Assembly (NCBI GenBank): GCA_001563335.1
Contig: LRSL01000076.1
Location: 1 to 64,000, forward strand
Origin: Candidatus Thorarchaeota archaeon SMTZ1-45
GTDB lineage: Archaea; Asgardarchaeota; Thorarchaeia; Thorarchaeales; Thorarchaeaceae
DNA length: 64,000 bases
Direction: 5' to 3'
Position 1 is the first letter of the stretch; each line of letters begins with the position of its first letter. Below the pieces are notes generated by a model, which saw nothing but the letters and a program-made list of their open reading frames with translations, searched no databases and was not told the DNA's origin. Shown here in pieces: positions 27,441 through 38,228 of this stretch. The translations under genes and the position numbers were made by a program.

Positions 27441-29423
27441 ATGAGTGATTTCAAACTGGAGGCTCCGTTCAAACCCACTGGCGATCAACCTCAAGCTATA
27501 CAAAAACTAGTGGAGGGTCTCGAGAGCGGACTCCAACATCAAACTCTTCTCGGAGTCACTGGATCTGGCAAGACATTCACCATGGCAAACGTCATTGAAG
27601 CATATAATATGCCCACACTCGTCATTTCCCACAACAAGACCCTAGCTGCTCAATTGACCTCAGAATACAAACAATTCTTTCCTGATGCAGGAGTAGAGTA
27701 CTTCGTCAGTTACTATGATTACTACCAGCCTGAGGCCTATGTTCCCAGTAAGGACATGTACATAGAGAAGGAAACAGACATCAATCAGGAGATTGAGAGA
27801 CTTCGCCATTCAGCAACTCATTCTTTGAGGTCTCGAAAAGATACTATTGTCGTGGCCTCAGTTTCCTGTATCTATGGTGTAGGAAACCCGAGTGAGTATG
27901 ATTATTTCAGGATGTTTCTAGAGCGAGGAAACCAGATAGACCGGCGAGAGATCCTAGAACGCTTAGTGGCTATGCAATATGAGCGAAATGATATGGAGAT
28001 CAAACCTGGTATTTTTCGGGTTCGTGGTGATGTGATTGATGTCTACCCTGCAGGCTCAGAGAATAGCATTAGAATTGAATTAGATGGAGATCGAGTTGAT
28101 CGGCTCACTGTTTTGGAAGGACTGTCAGCTAAAAGACTGTATGAACCTAATTGGATTGAGTTGTTCCCAGCTAAACATCACATCGCGCAACATGAAACTA
28201 TCATAAAAGCCCTTGAGCCAATTGAACAGGAGATGCAAGAACGTGTTGAGTGGTTCAAGAAACAGGGTAAGCTTGTGGAGGCTGACCGACTCAAGAGACG
28301 AACCATGTACGACATTGAGATGCTCAGAGAGATAGGGATGTGTTCGGGAATCGAGAACTATTCCCGATATATTGATGGACGTGTTGAGGGTGAGAAACCA
28401 TACACCCTTCTTGATTACTTTCCTGATGACTTTCTGATGATTATTGATGAGAGCCATATGACGATCCCTCAGATTCGAGGTATGTTCAATGGTGACTTAT
28501 CTCGAAAACAGAACTTGGTCGATTATGGCTTCAGACTACCTTCTGCAATTGATAACAGACCACTGAAATTCCATGAATTCGAGAAGTACATGAAACATGT
28601 CATATACACAAGTGCAACTCCTGGTCCATATGAGAGTAGGAAGAGTCAACAGATTGTGGAACAGCTTCTCCGGCCTACAGGACTTCTTGATCCTGCAATC
28701 ACAGTAAGACCAGTTGTGGGACAAGTGGACCACCTGCTAGGTGAGATCAACAAGACTGTTGATATGGGTGACCGTGTCCTTGTCACAACACTCACAAAGA
28801 AGACCTCTGAGATGTTGAGTGAGTACCTTGTCGAGGCAGGAGTTAAGGCAAGATATCTACACTCAGATATCGGAACAGTCGAACGAATCGAGATAATACG
28901 TCAATTACGTCAAGGTAAGTTTGATGTTCTCGTGGGAATCAATCTCCTACGGGAGGGATTGGATCTTCCTGAAGTGGGTCTTGTAGCAATTTTAGATGCA
29001 GACAAGGAAGGATTCCTTAGGACTGACTGGGCTCTCATTCAAACAATGGGCCGTGCTGCTCGGAATGTGAATGGCCGGGTCATCTTGTATGGGGACCATG
29101 TTTCAACAGCGATGCAGACAGCTATTGACGAAACCAATCGTAGACGGGTATATCAGCTTCAGTATAATGAGGAGCATGGCATCGAACCTGAGTCGATAGT
29201 CAAGTCGATTCGGGATATAGCTGAAGGAATTAAGACGCCAGAGAAGACCACCCAGACGAGGCTTGATGACTTTGATCCATTCGAGGTCGATGAGTTAGCT
29301 GATTACATCATTGATCTTGAAGAGCAGATGAAGGAGGCTGCAAGAAATCTGGAGTTTGAAAAAGCCGCAAAACTTCGGGATCAGATTGCAGGTCTCCGAA
29401 AGAGAATCGAGGGAATGGAATAG
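27441..29423 (+). CDS. uvrB: Excinuclease ABC subunit B
   Basis: PTGDQP, GVTGSGKT, YYDYYQPEAY beta-hairpin, IDESH, GINLLREGLDLPEV, C-terminal UVR domain. Confidence 0.98.
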   Translation: MSDFKLEAPFKPTGDQPQAIQKLVEGLESGLQHQTLLGVTGSGKTFTMANVIEAYNMPTLVISHNKTLAAQLTSEYKQFFPDAGVEYFVSYYDYYQPEAYVPSKDMYIEKETDINQEIERLRHSATHSLRSRKDTIVVASVSCIYGVGNPSEYDYFRMFLERGNQIDRREILERLVAMQYERNDMEIKPGIFRVRGDVIDVYPAGSENSIRIELDGDRVDRLTVLEGLSAKRLYEPNWIELFPAKHHIAQHETIIKALEPIEQEMQERVEWFKKQGKLVEADRLKRRTMYDIEMLREIGMCSGIENYSRYIDGRVEGEKPYTLLDYFPDDFLMIIDESHMTIPQIRGMFNGDLSRKQNLVDYGFRLPSAIDNRPLKFHEFEKYMKHVIYTSATPGPYESRKSQQIVEQLLRPTGLLDPAITVRPVVGQVDHLLGEINKTVDMGDRVLVTTLTKKTSEMLSEYLVEAGVKARYLHSDIGTVERIEIIRQLRQGKFDVLVGINLLREGLDLPEVGLVAILDADKEGFLRTDWALIQTMGRAARNVNGRVILYGDHVSTAMQTAIDETNRRRVYQLQYNEEHGIEPESIVKSIRDIAEGIKTPEKTTQTRLDDFDPFEVDELADYIIDLEEQMKEAARNLEFEKAAKLRDQIAGLRKRIEGME

Positions 29424-32368
29424 TGAATTCAGCAGCAGATAAGAACAATGGAGCCATTGATACTGAGGTAGATGGCCCTAGGTCTATCATTGTTATGGGT
29501 GCTGCTGAGCATAATCTGAAGCATATTGATGTCACAATTCCAAAGAACACACTCACTGTTGTCACCGGATTATCGGGATCTGGAAAGAGTTCACTTGTCT
29601 TTGATACGATCTACAGTGAGGGGCAGAGAAGGTTCGTGGAGTCTCTCTCTCCTTACGCACGTCAATTTCTGGGGATGCTTGAGAAACCCAAAGTTGATCT
29701 TATGACAGGTCTTTCACCGTCAATCTCTATTGACCAGAAGAGCGTGAGTAGGAATCCTAGATCGAGTGTTGGAACAATCACAGAAATCTATGATTATCTT
29801 CGGCTCCTATATGCCAGGGTGGGAGAACCCCATTGTCCTCAGTGTAAGAAGAAAATAGAACCCCAGACATCTCAACAGATAGTTGACCGTATTCTAAATC
29901 TCAAGGAAGGTTCGCGTATCATAATTCTAGCCCCCATCGTGAGAGGTAGAAAGGGAGAATATAGGAAAGAGTTTCGAGACCTCATCAAGAAGGGTTTTGT
30001 ACGAGCTCGTGTCGATGGAAAGCTTACCGAACTTGAAGAGGGAATGTCACTCGACAGATACTTTGAGCACACCATTGAGGTCGTCATCGATAGAATCGCA
30101 GTGAAGGAGTCTGAACGAGGTCGCATCTCAGAGGCTGTAGAGACCGCCCTTAACATGGCTGACAGGGTTGTCACGATTATAACACCTGAAGGAGATATCA
30201 CACTTTCAGAGCAATTCGCTTGTGTAGAATGCGGCATTAGCCTTCCTGAGATGGAACCGCGTATTTTCAGTTGGAATACTCCCCAGGGCGCCTGCCCTCA
30301 CTGTACTGGAATTGGTGTCATTCGTGAGTTCGATCCTGACTTATTCATCACAAACTCGGACCGTTCACTAAACAACGGTCTTTTCGAGCTGGATCAGTGG
30401 AAGATAAGACGTGTCTTTACCAATAAGGTCGTGCAAAAGTATGGGTTTACCATGGACACCCCCTGGAAAGACATGACAAAGAAGCAGAAAGACCTCCTTC
30501 TCCATGGGTCTGGTAGCAGAAAGTTTGAGGCTACATGGGAGGGTGACAATCCAGAATTTGAGGTCCAATATAAGGGAACCTTCCAGAGACCCTTTGAGGG
30601 ATGGATAGAACGCGCAAAGCGGCTCTACAAGACAACTAAATCGGACTATGGAAGACGTATCCTAGAGAAGTATATGTCGACGCAAACATGCCCTGTTTGC
30701 TTGGGTGGACGATTGAGACCTGAATCAAAAGCTGTCACTTTTAATGATAAATCCATCACAGAGATTAACAATCTCTCAATCAAGGCTCTACGTGAGTTCT
30801 TCGAGAATGCTAAGATTGATCCGAGGCTCAAACCAGTAGCAGAACCCATTCTTCGCGAGATTATGGGACGTATTGGGTTCCTAGAGGACGTAGGGCTTGA
30901 GTACCTCACTCTCGATAGGTCTGCTCCCAGCTTGGCTGGTGGTGAAGCACAGAGAATTCGATTGGCTAGTCAAATTGGGTCGAATCTTGTTGGTGTGACC
31001 TATGTGTGTGACGAACCATCAATTGGTTTACACAGTCGCGACAATATACGACTCCTGAAGTCTTTGCTACGACTTAGAAACCTCGGAAACAATGTCCTCG
31101 TTGTGGAACATGATGAAGAAACTATACGCACAGCAGACTATATCATCGATTTAGGACCAGGCGCAGGCTCAGAGGGGGGTGAGGTTGTAGTCACTGGAAC
31201 TCTTGATGATGTTCTGAAATCGAAGAAGTCTATCACTGCGAGATACCTTAGAGGTGAAGAGAAGATACCCGTGCCTGAGCATCGAAGGCAACTGAATGGG
31301 CGGTTCATTGAGTTAAGAGGCTGCAAGCATAACAACCTCAAGAATCTGAATATTCGAATACCACTCGGGATGTTTATCGCAACAACTGGAGTTTCAGGGT
31401 CCGGCAAATCTTCCTTGATTGTGGAAACATTGCAGCGAGAACTTGCTCGACGATTCCACAATGCTGAAGCTAAGCCTGGCAAGTTTGATGAGATTCTAGG
31501 CATTGAACAATTGGACAAAGTCATTGTCATTGATCAGAGTCCCATTGGAAGAACCCCGCGCTCTAACCCTGCCACCTACGTAGGTCTATGGTCTCCGTTA
31601 AGAGACCTATTTTCAAATCTTCCTGAATCTCTAATACGCGGATACAAACCAGGTCGATTCAGTTTCAATGTAAAAGGTGGCCGCTGTGAAACCTGCAAAG
31701 GTGCAGGTGTAGAAGTCATTGAGATGCAGTTCTTGCCGCCAGTTCAGGTAACGTGCAGTGAGTGCAAAGGACGGCGTTACAACAGAGAAACTCTTCAAGT
31801 GCGATTCAAGGGAAAGAACATTGCTGATATTCTCGATATGCGAATCGATGAGGCTGTAAAGTTCTTCGAGGGTATTCCCTCAGTACATCGCAGGCTTGAG
31901 ACCCTATGCGAGGTAGGCATGGGTTATGTAAAATTGGGACAACCCGCAACTACTCTATCAGGTGGTGAAGCCCAGCGTATCAAACTGAGCAAGTTCCTCT
32001 CAAGACCTGCAACAGGGCAGACACTAATTCTGCTGGACGAACCCACAACAGGTTTGCACTTTGCAGACATCAAGAAGCTGTTAGAGGTTCTGCACCGGCT
32101 TGTGGATCTTGGAAACACAGTTCTCGTTATTGAACATCAATTGGATGTTGTAAAAACCGCGGATTGGATCATTGATCTTGGACCAGAGGGCGGAGATGAT
32201 GGTGGTTATCTCGTTGCAGAAGGGACTCCTGAAGATATTGTTTCATGTGATAGGTCCTATACTGGTCAATACCTCCGAGGATTACTAAAACCTGTGATTC
32301 CAAACAAAGTGTCCTCTATTAAACAACCAGCGCCTCCAATTACTAACGAGGGGAGGTCTAAGAAATGA
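29423..32368 (+). CDS. uvrA: Excinuclease ABC subunit A, paralogue 1
   Basis: Two ABC domains (GLSGSGKS, GVSGSGKS), Zn modules, UvrB-binding region, LSGGEAQR. Confidence 0.96.
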   Translation: MNSAADKNNGAIDTEVDGPRSIIVMGAAEHNLKHIDVTIPKNTLTVVTGLSGSGKSSLVFDTIYSEGQRRFVESLSPYARQFLGMLEKPKVDLMTGLSPSISIDQKSVSRNPRSSVGTITEIYDYLRLLYARVGEPHCPQCKKKIEPQTSQQIVDRILNLKEGSRIIILAPIVRGRKGEYRKEFRDLIKKGFVRARVDGKLTELEEGMSLDRYFEHTIEVVIDRIAVKESERGRISEAVETALNMADRVVTIITPEGDITLSEQFACVECGISLPEMEPRIFSWNTPQGACPHCTGIGVIREFDPDLFITNSDRSLNNGLFELDQWKIRRVFTNKVVQKYGFTMDTPWKDMTKKQKDLLLHGSGSRKFEATWEGDNPEFEVQYKGTFQRPFEGWIERAKRLYKTTKSDYGRRILEKYMSTQTCPVCLGGRLRPESKAVTFNDKSITEINNLSIKALREFFENAKIDPRLKPVAEPILREIMGRIGFLEDVGLEYLTLDRSAPSLAGGEAQRIRLASQIGSNLVGVTYVCDEPSIGLHSRDNIRLLKSLLRLRNLGNNVLVVEHDEETIRTADYIIDLGPGAGSEGGEVVVTGTLDDVLKSKKSITARYLRGEEKIPVPEHRRQLNGRFIELRGCKHNNLKNLNIRIPLGMFIATTGVSGSGKSSLIVETLQRELARRFHNAEAKPGKFDEILGIEQLDKVIVIDQSPIGRTPRSNPATYVGLWSPLRDLFSNLPESLIRGYKPGRFSFNVKGGRCETCKGAGVEVIEMQFLPPVQVTCSECKGRRYNRETLQVRFKGKNIADILDMRIDEAVKFFEGIPSVHRRLETLCEVGMGYVKLGQPATTLSGGEAQRIKLSKFLSRPATGQTLILLDEPTTGLHFADIKKLLEVLHRLVDLGNTVLVIEHQLDVVKTADWIIDLGPEGGDDGGYLVAEGTPEDIVSCDRSYTGQYLRGLLKPVIPNKVSSIKQPAPPITNEGRSKK

Positions 32369-35223
32369 CAGGCTATATCAGTGTTCGTAAAGCTGAAGAA
32401 CACAACCTCAAGTCAATTGATGTAGACATCCCGAGAGACCGCCTTGTAGTTGTAACCGGCCCAAGTGGGTCTGGGAAGTCCACCCTCGTCCTGGATACAA
32501 TCTTTGCAGAGGGGCAGAGGAGGTATGTTGAGAGTCTTAGCTCCTATGCTAGAAGATTTCTAGGTCGGCTCGATAAACCGAAGGTTGAGAAGATTACAGG
32601 TCTTCCTCCAGCTATTTCAATTGAACAGAAGGGCAGAACAAAGAACCCCCGGTCAACAGTTTCAACAAGCACAGAGATTCATGACTATCTCAGGCTGCTC
32701 TATGCGAACATAGGAATTGCTCATTGCGTGGAATGCGGTCTTCCTATGGAACAACTCACTGCTGAGTCTGCAGCACGACTTCTCCTTGATGAAAATGGTG
32801 GGCAACGAATTCACATCCTCGCACCTGTCGTCTGCGGCGAGGTTGGAAAACATGAGGAATGCCTAGAAGGGCTTCACAAGAACGGATTTGTGCGTGTCCG
32901 TGTTGATGGAGAGATTATGGACATCGACCAGGTCGATCTTGATGCCAGGAAGAAGCATGATATTGATGTTGTTGTTGACAGGCTTGAGTTGAATCAAAAG
33001 AATCGAGAGCGCTTGATTGGCTCACTAGAAACCGCTCTCGAAACAGGTGATGGTAGAGCGATTATTTCACGAGAAGGCACAGATGACTTGACCTTTGCTG
33101 AGCAGTTGATGTGTCCAAAGTGCGGTATACAATATGAGAAGTTGGGTCCAAAGGCGTTCTCTTTCAACAGACCTGATGGCGCATGCCCTGTCTGCAATGG
33201 CCTTGGAGTGACAATGTCTATCGATCCTGACCTCATAATTCCCGACAACGATATGACAATCCATGAGATTAGTCGACGTATCAATGCCGGAGAACGTTCT
33301 TGGTGGACTGAACGAATTGATGCACTAGGCGAGCTTCTCGGATTCTCTATAGAACACCGATTTAGTGAGCTCGATGCAGCTCAAGCCGAAGCTCTTATCT
33401 GGGGGCGTCCTGAGTACACTCTCCATTATATCCATCAGGGTGATGAGTCGACCTGGGAGATTACAAGAAGATGGTATGGTATTGTTCCATGGCTTGAACG
33501 AATGTTTGACCGAGGTAAGAGTAGTGAAAAAGCATACCAACGCTGGTGGGCGAATCGTATTGCGAACGAATTTTCTCGAAAGACTAACTGCGAGGCTTGC
33601 AATGGCAGAAAGCTCAAGCCTGAGAGTCTTGCTGTGACTGTTGCTGGTAAGTCAATTGACGAAATCGCATCCATGACCATTGAAGGAGCGGCTGAGTTCT
33701 TCAGGAACATCTCACTGACTGAACGAGAGTTCAAGATAGCTGAACTTGTACTAAAGGAGATACGAGCACGTCTCAATTTTCTCCTTGCTGTTGGCCTTGA
33801 CTACCTTAGTCTTGACAGAGCATCCATGACACTATCAGGTGGAGAGAGCCAAAGGATCCGACTGGCTACACAGATTGGCTCTGCTCTTACAGGAGTTCTA
33901 TACTGTCTCGATGAACCTTCAATTGGGCTCCACCCCCGTGATATTGGCAAGCTCATTGAAACCTTCTATCACTTGAGGTCTCTTGGCAACACTGTGGTGG
34001 TCATTGAGCACGACAGAGACACAATCACAGCAGCGGATCACCTCATCGACCTAGGTCCTCTTGCAGGAGTGAATGGCGGGCAACTTGTTGCTGAAGGCTC
34101 CCCGACGAAGGTCCTTGCTGATCCGAAATCCTTGACAGCTCAATATCTTGCTGGAACTAAGCAGATTCCAATACCTGAGAAAAGGCGTCAAGGGAATGGT
34201 CAGAAAATCATAGTTCATGGAGCACGTGTTAATAATCTCAAGAATATCGATGTAGACTTCCCTCTTGGCACAATGATTTGTGTATCTGGAGTGTCAGGTG
34301 CAGGCAAGAGTTCCTTAACCTATGAAACCCTCTACAAAGCTTTAGCCCAGAAAATCAATAAGGCAAGCATGGTCCCCGGCGATCACGATACAATCGATGG
34401 TATTGATTACATTGATAGAATAATCCTCGTAGACCAGTCACCCATAGGACGAACACCTCGTAGTAATCCTGCGACTTATACTAGGACCTTTGGTGAAATC
34501 CGAGAGCTTTTTGCAAAGATGCCTGAAGCGAAGAAACGAGGTTTCGGTCCTGGACGTTTCAGCTTCAACACAAGAGATGGTCGATGCGAAAAGTGCAAGG
34601 GCAGTGGAGTCCTCCAAGTAGAGATGCACTTTATGTCAGATGTTTTCATGACCTGTGATGTCTGCAAGGGTGACCGCTTTGACAGAGAAACCCTGGAGGT
34701 GACATATAAAGGAAAGAACATCACTCAGGTACTTGAACTGACAATTGATGAAGCTCTGGAGTTCTTTGGTGACATACCAAAGATTGCAGATCGACTCCAG
34801 ACCTTGGTTGATGTTGGGCTCGGATATCTCCAGCTTGGGCAACCCGCAACCACACTGTCAGGGGGAGAAGCACAACGAATGAAACTGGCTGCAGAACTCG
34901 CACGAAAAGCCACTGGAAACACACTCTACATTATGGATGAGCCTTCCACTGGACTCTCAGCTTCAGATGTGCATGTTCTGTTGGGAGTTGTTAACCGTTT
35001 AGTCGATGCTGGCAATACGATTGTGATAGTCGAACACAACCTCGAGATTGTCAAGACTGCAGACTGGGTCATTGATCTGGGTCCTGATGGTGGCGATGGT
35101 GGAGGTGAAGTTGTAGCTCAAGGTCCTCCCGAAGCGATTAGTGAGGTTTGGAAATCATACACAGGTAACCATTTGCGAGCCGCACTTTTTGGTCCAAATG
35201 TTCGATATGGTTCTTTGAGCTAA
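32365..35223 (+). CDS. uvrA: Excinuclease ABC subunit A, paralogue 2
   Basis: GPSGSGKS, GVSGAGKS, Zn modules, UvrB-binding region retained; ATGA overlap with paralogue 1. Confidence 0.95.
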   Translation: MTGYISVRKAEEHNLKSIDVDIPRDRLVVVTGPSGSGKSTLVLDTIFAEGQRRYVESLSSYARRFLGRLDKPKVEKITGLPPAISIEQKGRTKNPRSTVSTSTEIHDYLRLLYANIGIAHCVECGLPMEQLTAESAARLLLDENGGQRIHILAPVVCGEVGKHEECLEGLHKNGFVRVRVDGEIMDIDQVDLDARKKHDIDVVVDRLELNQKNRERLIGSLETALETGDGRAIISREGTDDLTFAEQLMCPKCGIQYEKLGPKAFSFNRPDGACPVCNGLGVTMSIDPDLIIPDNDMTIHEISRRINAGERSWWTERIDALGELLGFSIEHRFSELDAAQAEALIWGRPEYTLHYIHQGDESTWEITRRWYGIVPWLERMFDRGKSSEKAYQRWWANRIANEFSRKTNCEACNGRKLKPESLAVTVAGKSIDEIASMTIEGAAEFFRNISLTEREFKIAELVLKEIRARLNFLLAVGLDYLSLDRASMTLSGGESQRIRLATQIGSALTGVLYCLDEPSIGLHPRDIGKLIETFYHLRSLGNTVVVIEHDRDTITAADHLIDLGPLAGVNGGQLVAEGSPTKVLADPKSLTAQYLAGTKQIPIPEKRRQGNGQKIIVHGARVNNLKNIDVDFPLGTMICVSGVSGAGKSSLTYETLYKALAQKINKASMVPGDHDTIDGIDYIDRIILVDQSPIGRTPRSNPATYTRTFGEIRELFAKMPEAKKRGFGPGRFSFNTRDGRCEKCKGSGVLQVEMHFMSDVFMTCDVCKGDRFDRETLEVTYKGKNITQVLELTIDEALEFFGDIPKIADRLQTLVDVGLGYLQLGQPATTLSGGEAQRMKLAAELARKATGNTLYIMDEPSTGLSASDVHVLLGVVNRLVDAGNTIVIVEHNLEIVKTADWVIDLGPDGGDGGGEVVAQGPPEAISEVWKSYTGNHLRAALFGPNVRYGSLS

Positions 35224-37079
35224 TCTTGCTCTCTAATTTTGAAACGAATCATCTCTGCTACCATCACAAAAATCACTGCAGATGAAAATCCTACCACTAG
35301 TGTTGTTATCGGAGCGATAAGATTCATTTGTTCACCATTTGATGTAGTATTTTGGGTTATGACTGGATGGTCTGTTGTAAGCGGTTCAAAGTATGCAAAC
35401 TCCGTGTTGGTTGTGAGCTGGTAAAACTCTCCAACCTCAAAGTCATGAAGTTCAAACGGACCTGATGTCACATGAGGTTCTAGTTCATTAAACACAGGGT
35501 TCCAAGTATTCCATTCATCATATCTAATGTTAGCTATAAAGATGTGCTTTGGTATGATATACTGGTAGGCAAAATGTGAGAAATGCCAGTACGACTCGGT
35601 GAAGAACTCTATTACAAACCTGTATGGATTTGGCGCAAGGGCTGTTACGATGTTCCCCAATTTGTCAGCTGCAGGATTTCCATAAGCACCAGACTCAATG
35701 ATGTAGGTCATAGTATAAGCCACATCTTCTGCTGTCAAAGGCACCCCATCACTCCAGGTGGCATTCCTAATGATGTCGATGGTGAATCGAGTATGCCCTT
35801 CTCGTACTTGGGGATTATCTGAATGAGTTTCTTTGAGCATCTTTTCAGCAATATAGGGATAGGGTGTCAAGTCCGGAGCATACGAGTATAGTGAAGGCCA
35901 GAGCTCGCAAAGTATGGAAGTTGATGTCGGATTCGAAGTGACCCAGAAGTTGCTCTCTGCCCAATAAGAGGTGCCTATTTGAACAATACCTCCTCGGGTG
36001 CCATCAAGCTTGTGGATTTTCCTCAAAGTCCAGGGACCAGAGATTTGTCTCAAGAGGTCTGGAACATGACCTGTGAATCTATCGTTTCTATAAGCTTGCA
36101 TGTATATGTTCTCATATACAACAAGTCGAGGTACATTGTAGTGCAATATTTTCTGCATCTCTAGTGCGGCTTCGTATACTTCTTCGTAGGTTGCACTGTA
36201 TAGAAGCCTGTCCCGCAAGTTGTCGTAGGTTGTATTCCTGAAGTTACATTGATTCTTGCCACGAACACCAACTGACTCCCCCCAGAATTCATCCATCAGC
36301 CATTCAATATCATCATCATAAAAGCTATGTCCAAAAAAGACCATGTCGTAGGAGTAGCGGTATGAACCCCATGCGTCAATCCAACTGAAATCAACTTCAT
36401 GTGCCCTCGAATCAATATGTAGTGATTGAAGAGCTTCCACGCCTAACTGTGCTATTGGTCCTCCAAACCGAGACCCCCAATGGTAGTCTATTGAGATGTC
36501 GAATGCTGATCCTTCTGGAGTCAGTCTATATCCGGTTCCGGGGTCAATAGTGAAATTCAAGCTATCAAGAATCTGATTGCCAAGATCTGATTGATTCGTG
36601 TAGTAGTGCCATGCGAATTCATTCTCTGCACACCAAGTATTAACCTGCGGAACAAGAGAATCATGCTCAATTGAATAACCTTCAAACAAATCGGTGACTG
36701 CGGTCTTGTCAAAGGCATATGCAAATGCACGTCTAAAACCACTAATATTCAATGGATACTTGGCGCAGTTTATAGTTATAGAACCATAACCATTTCTCAA
36801 ATAGCTGTAAATGTCTATATCAGGATCGTTATCTAATGAGGAATAGTAGTAGATTGGATCTATGTATCCAAGATTCATATCAATCGATCCAGTCAGGAGC
36901 TCAGACACAATCCTCTCTTGACCAAGTATTTTATAGATTATATTGTTCACATATGGTCCATTGTTCAAGTTACTAAATTGTTCAGACAAAGCGACTGAGA
37001 GATTAGGATATAGCGTCGATGATGACACAAGCACAATGAGCGACAATGGGATGACCCACTGCTTTCTCAACTTTCTCAC
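35220..37079 (-). CDS. ABC transporter substrate-binding protein, family 5, with C-terminal TM anchor
   Basis: FRRAFAYAFDK, ATWSDGVPLTAEDVAYT, TSGPF; signal peptide and C-terminal TM. Confidence 0.85.
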   Translation of the reverse strand: MRKLRKQWVIPLSLIVLVSSSTLYPNLSVALSEQFSNLNNGPYVNNIIYKILGQERIVSELLTGSIDMNLGYIDPIYYYSSLDNDPDIDIYSYLRNGYGSITINCAKYPLNISGFRRAFAYAFDKTAVTDLFEGYSIEHDSLVPQVNTWCAENEFAWHYYTNQSDLGNQILDSLNFTIDPGTGYRLTPEGSAFDISIDYHWGSRFGGPIAQLGVEALQSLHIDSRAHEVDFSWIDAWGSYRYSYDMVFFGHSFYDDDIEWLMDEFWGESVGVRGKNQCNFRNTTYDNLRDRLLYSATYEEVYEAALEMQKILHYNVPRLVVYENIYMQAYRNDRFTGHVPDLLRQISGPWTLRKIHKLDGTRGGIVQIGTSYWAESNFWVTSNPTSTSILCELWPSLYSYAPDLTPYPYIAEKMLKETHSDNPQVREGHTRFTIDIIRNATWSDGVPLTAEDVAYTMTYIIESGAYGNPAADKLGNIVTALAPNPYRFVIEFFTESYWHFSHFAYQYIIPKHIFIANIRYDEWNTWNPVFNELEPHVTSGPFELHDFEVGEFYQLTTNTEFAYFEPLTTDHPVITQNTTSNGEQMNLIAPITTLVVGFSSAVIFVMVAEMIRFKIREQD

Positions 37080-37195
37080 CCTCGTCCACTCTTATTATGT
37101 ATTCATTCTCCTAAAACTTCTTTGAATCAATCAAAAATGGTTTTCAAATGCCCTTTTTTTGGGGGGATCATGTATAGCCTTATGCTCTGGTGAAT

Positions 37196-37840
37196 TCATA
37201 ATTTTACAGCAATAGTGCAACCTTCACCAATTGGAAGAATCGTGCTGATTGTATTTAGTTTCAGTAAGTTTCTGTTGAACTTGTCAATTGCTCTATCAGA
37301 TTCATTCCACCTATCCGGATGTCTTATGACAGGAAACAGCGTATCATCTATGAGAAAGAGTCCTCCCTTTTTCAATACCCTAATACAGTCTTCAAGCATG
37401 ACAGGGTAGAGGCGCTTTGAAGAATCTTGGAAGACAACATCGAATGTTTCAGAGTCCATCTTGGAGATGATTTCTCTTGCATCACCAAGGACAATCTCAA
37501 TGATATCCGACACACCCTCTCTCTCAAAGCCCCTTCGGGCTGTTTCAACTATTGACTCATCAATCTCAATCGTAGTCACAGTTCCACCAAATCTCTCCGC
37601 TGCAAGTGCCAAGACTGTTGTCGAAAAACCAATGCTCATCCCAATTTCTAAGATCTTCTTTGGTTTAGTGAGATTCAGAAGTAATTTGAAGAGTCGAGAT
37701 ATCTCATCTTCAATCACTGGTTCGAAGCTTTCAAGACCTGTGGCTTCTGCATAATCTTGCATCCTTGGTCTGTCTGTTTCTTTGTAAATTTCATCAACAT
37801 AATCCAAGGCCTTTTGACAATCAAAGGGTACTTCGCTCAT
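37196..37840 (-). CDS. O-methyltransferase (YrrM/COMT-like)
   Basis: KPKKILEIGMSIGFST, TTIEID, FDVVFQD, LPIGEG. Confidence 0.88.
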   Translation of the reverse strand: MSEVPFDCQKALDYVDEIYKETDRPRMQDYAEATGLESFEPVIEDEISRLFKLLLNLTKPKKILEIGMSIGFSTTVLALAAERFGGTVTTIEIDESIVETARRGFEREGVSDIIEIVLGDAREIISKMDSETFDVVFQDSSKRLYPVMLEDCIRVLKKGGLFLIDDTLFPVIRHPDRWNESDRAIDKFNRNLLKLNTISTILPIGEGCTIAVKL

Positions 37841-38228
37841 GCAAGAATGTCACGAGTGCTCCCTTAAGTGAATTAGGAAAGGTCTGTCTTGAAATTCAAA
37901 AAAGGAAAATTGTATAGAAACGCGCCATCCACTTTCGATTTGTCGAACGATTTGTCGGATTATCTACAGGCTTTTTCAAGATGTACAATGATTAAGTGAT
38001 ACCATATTTCCAATTTATTAAAAATAAGAAATAAAACCATCAAAAATGACTATATGGGACATAATAAATAATTAAATTATATAAAAGGGATTATTGCCGT
38101 TCTTTTTGGGCGATATTAATATGCGAATACAATACGCACACGGTATATAACGGCTTCTCGAACAATCGTTTATGGTTGTGTCTCTCTGACAACCAGTTCG
38201 CACTGTCCGCCGGGAGGACACTGGACTA

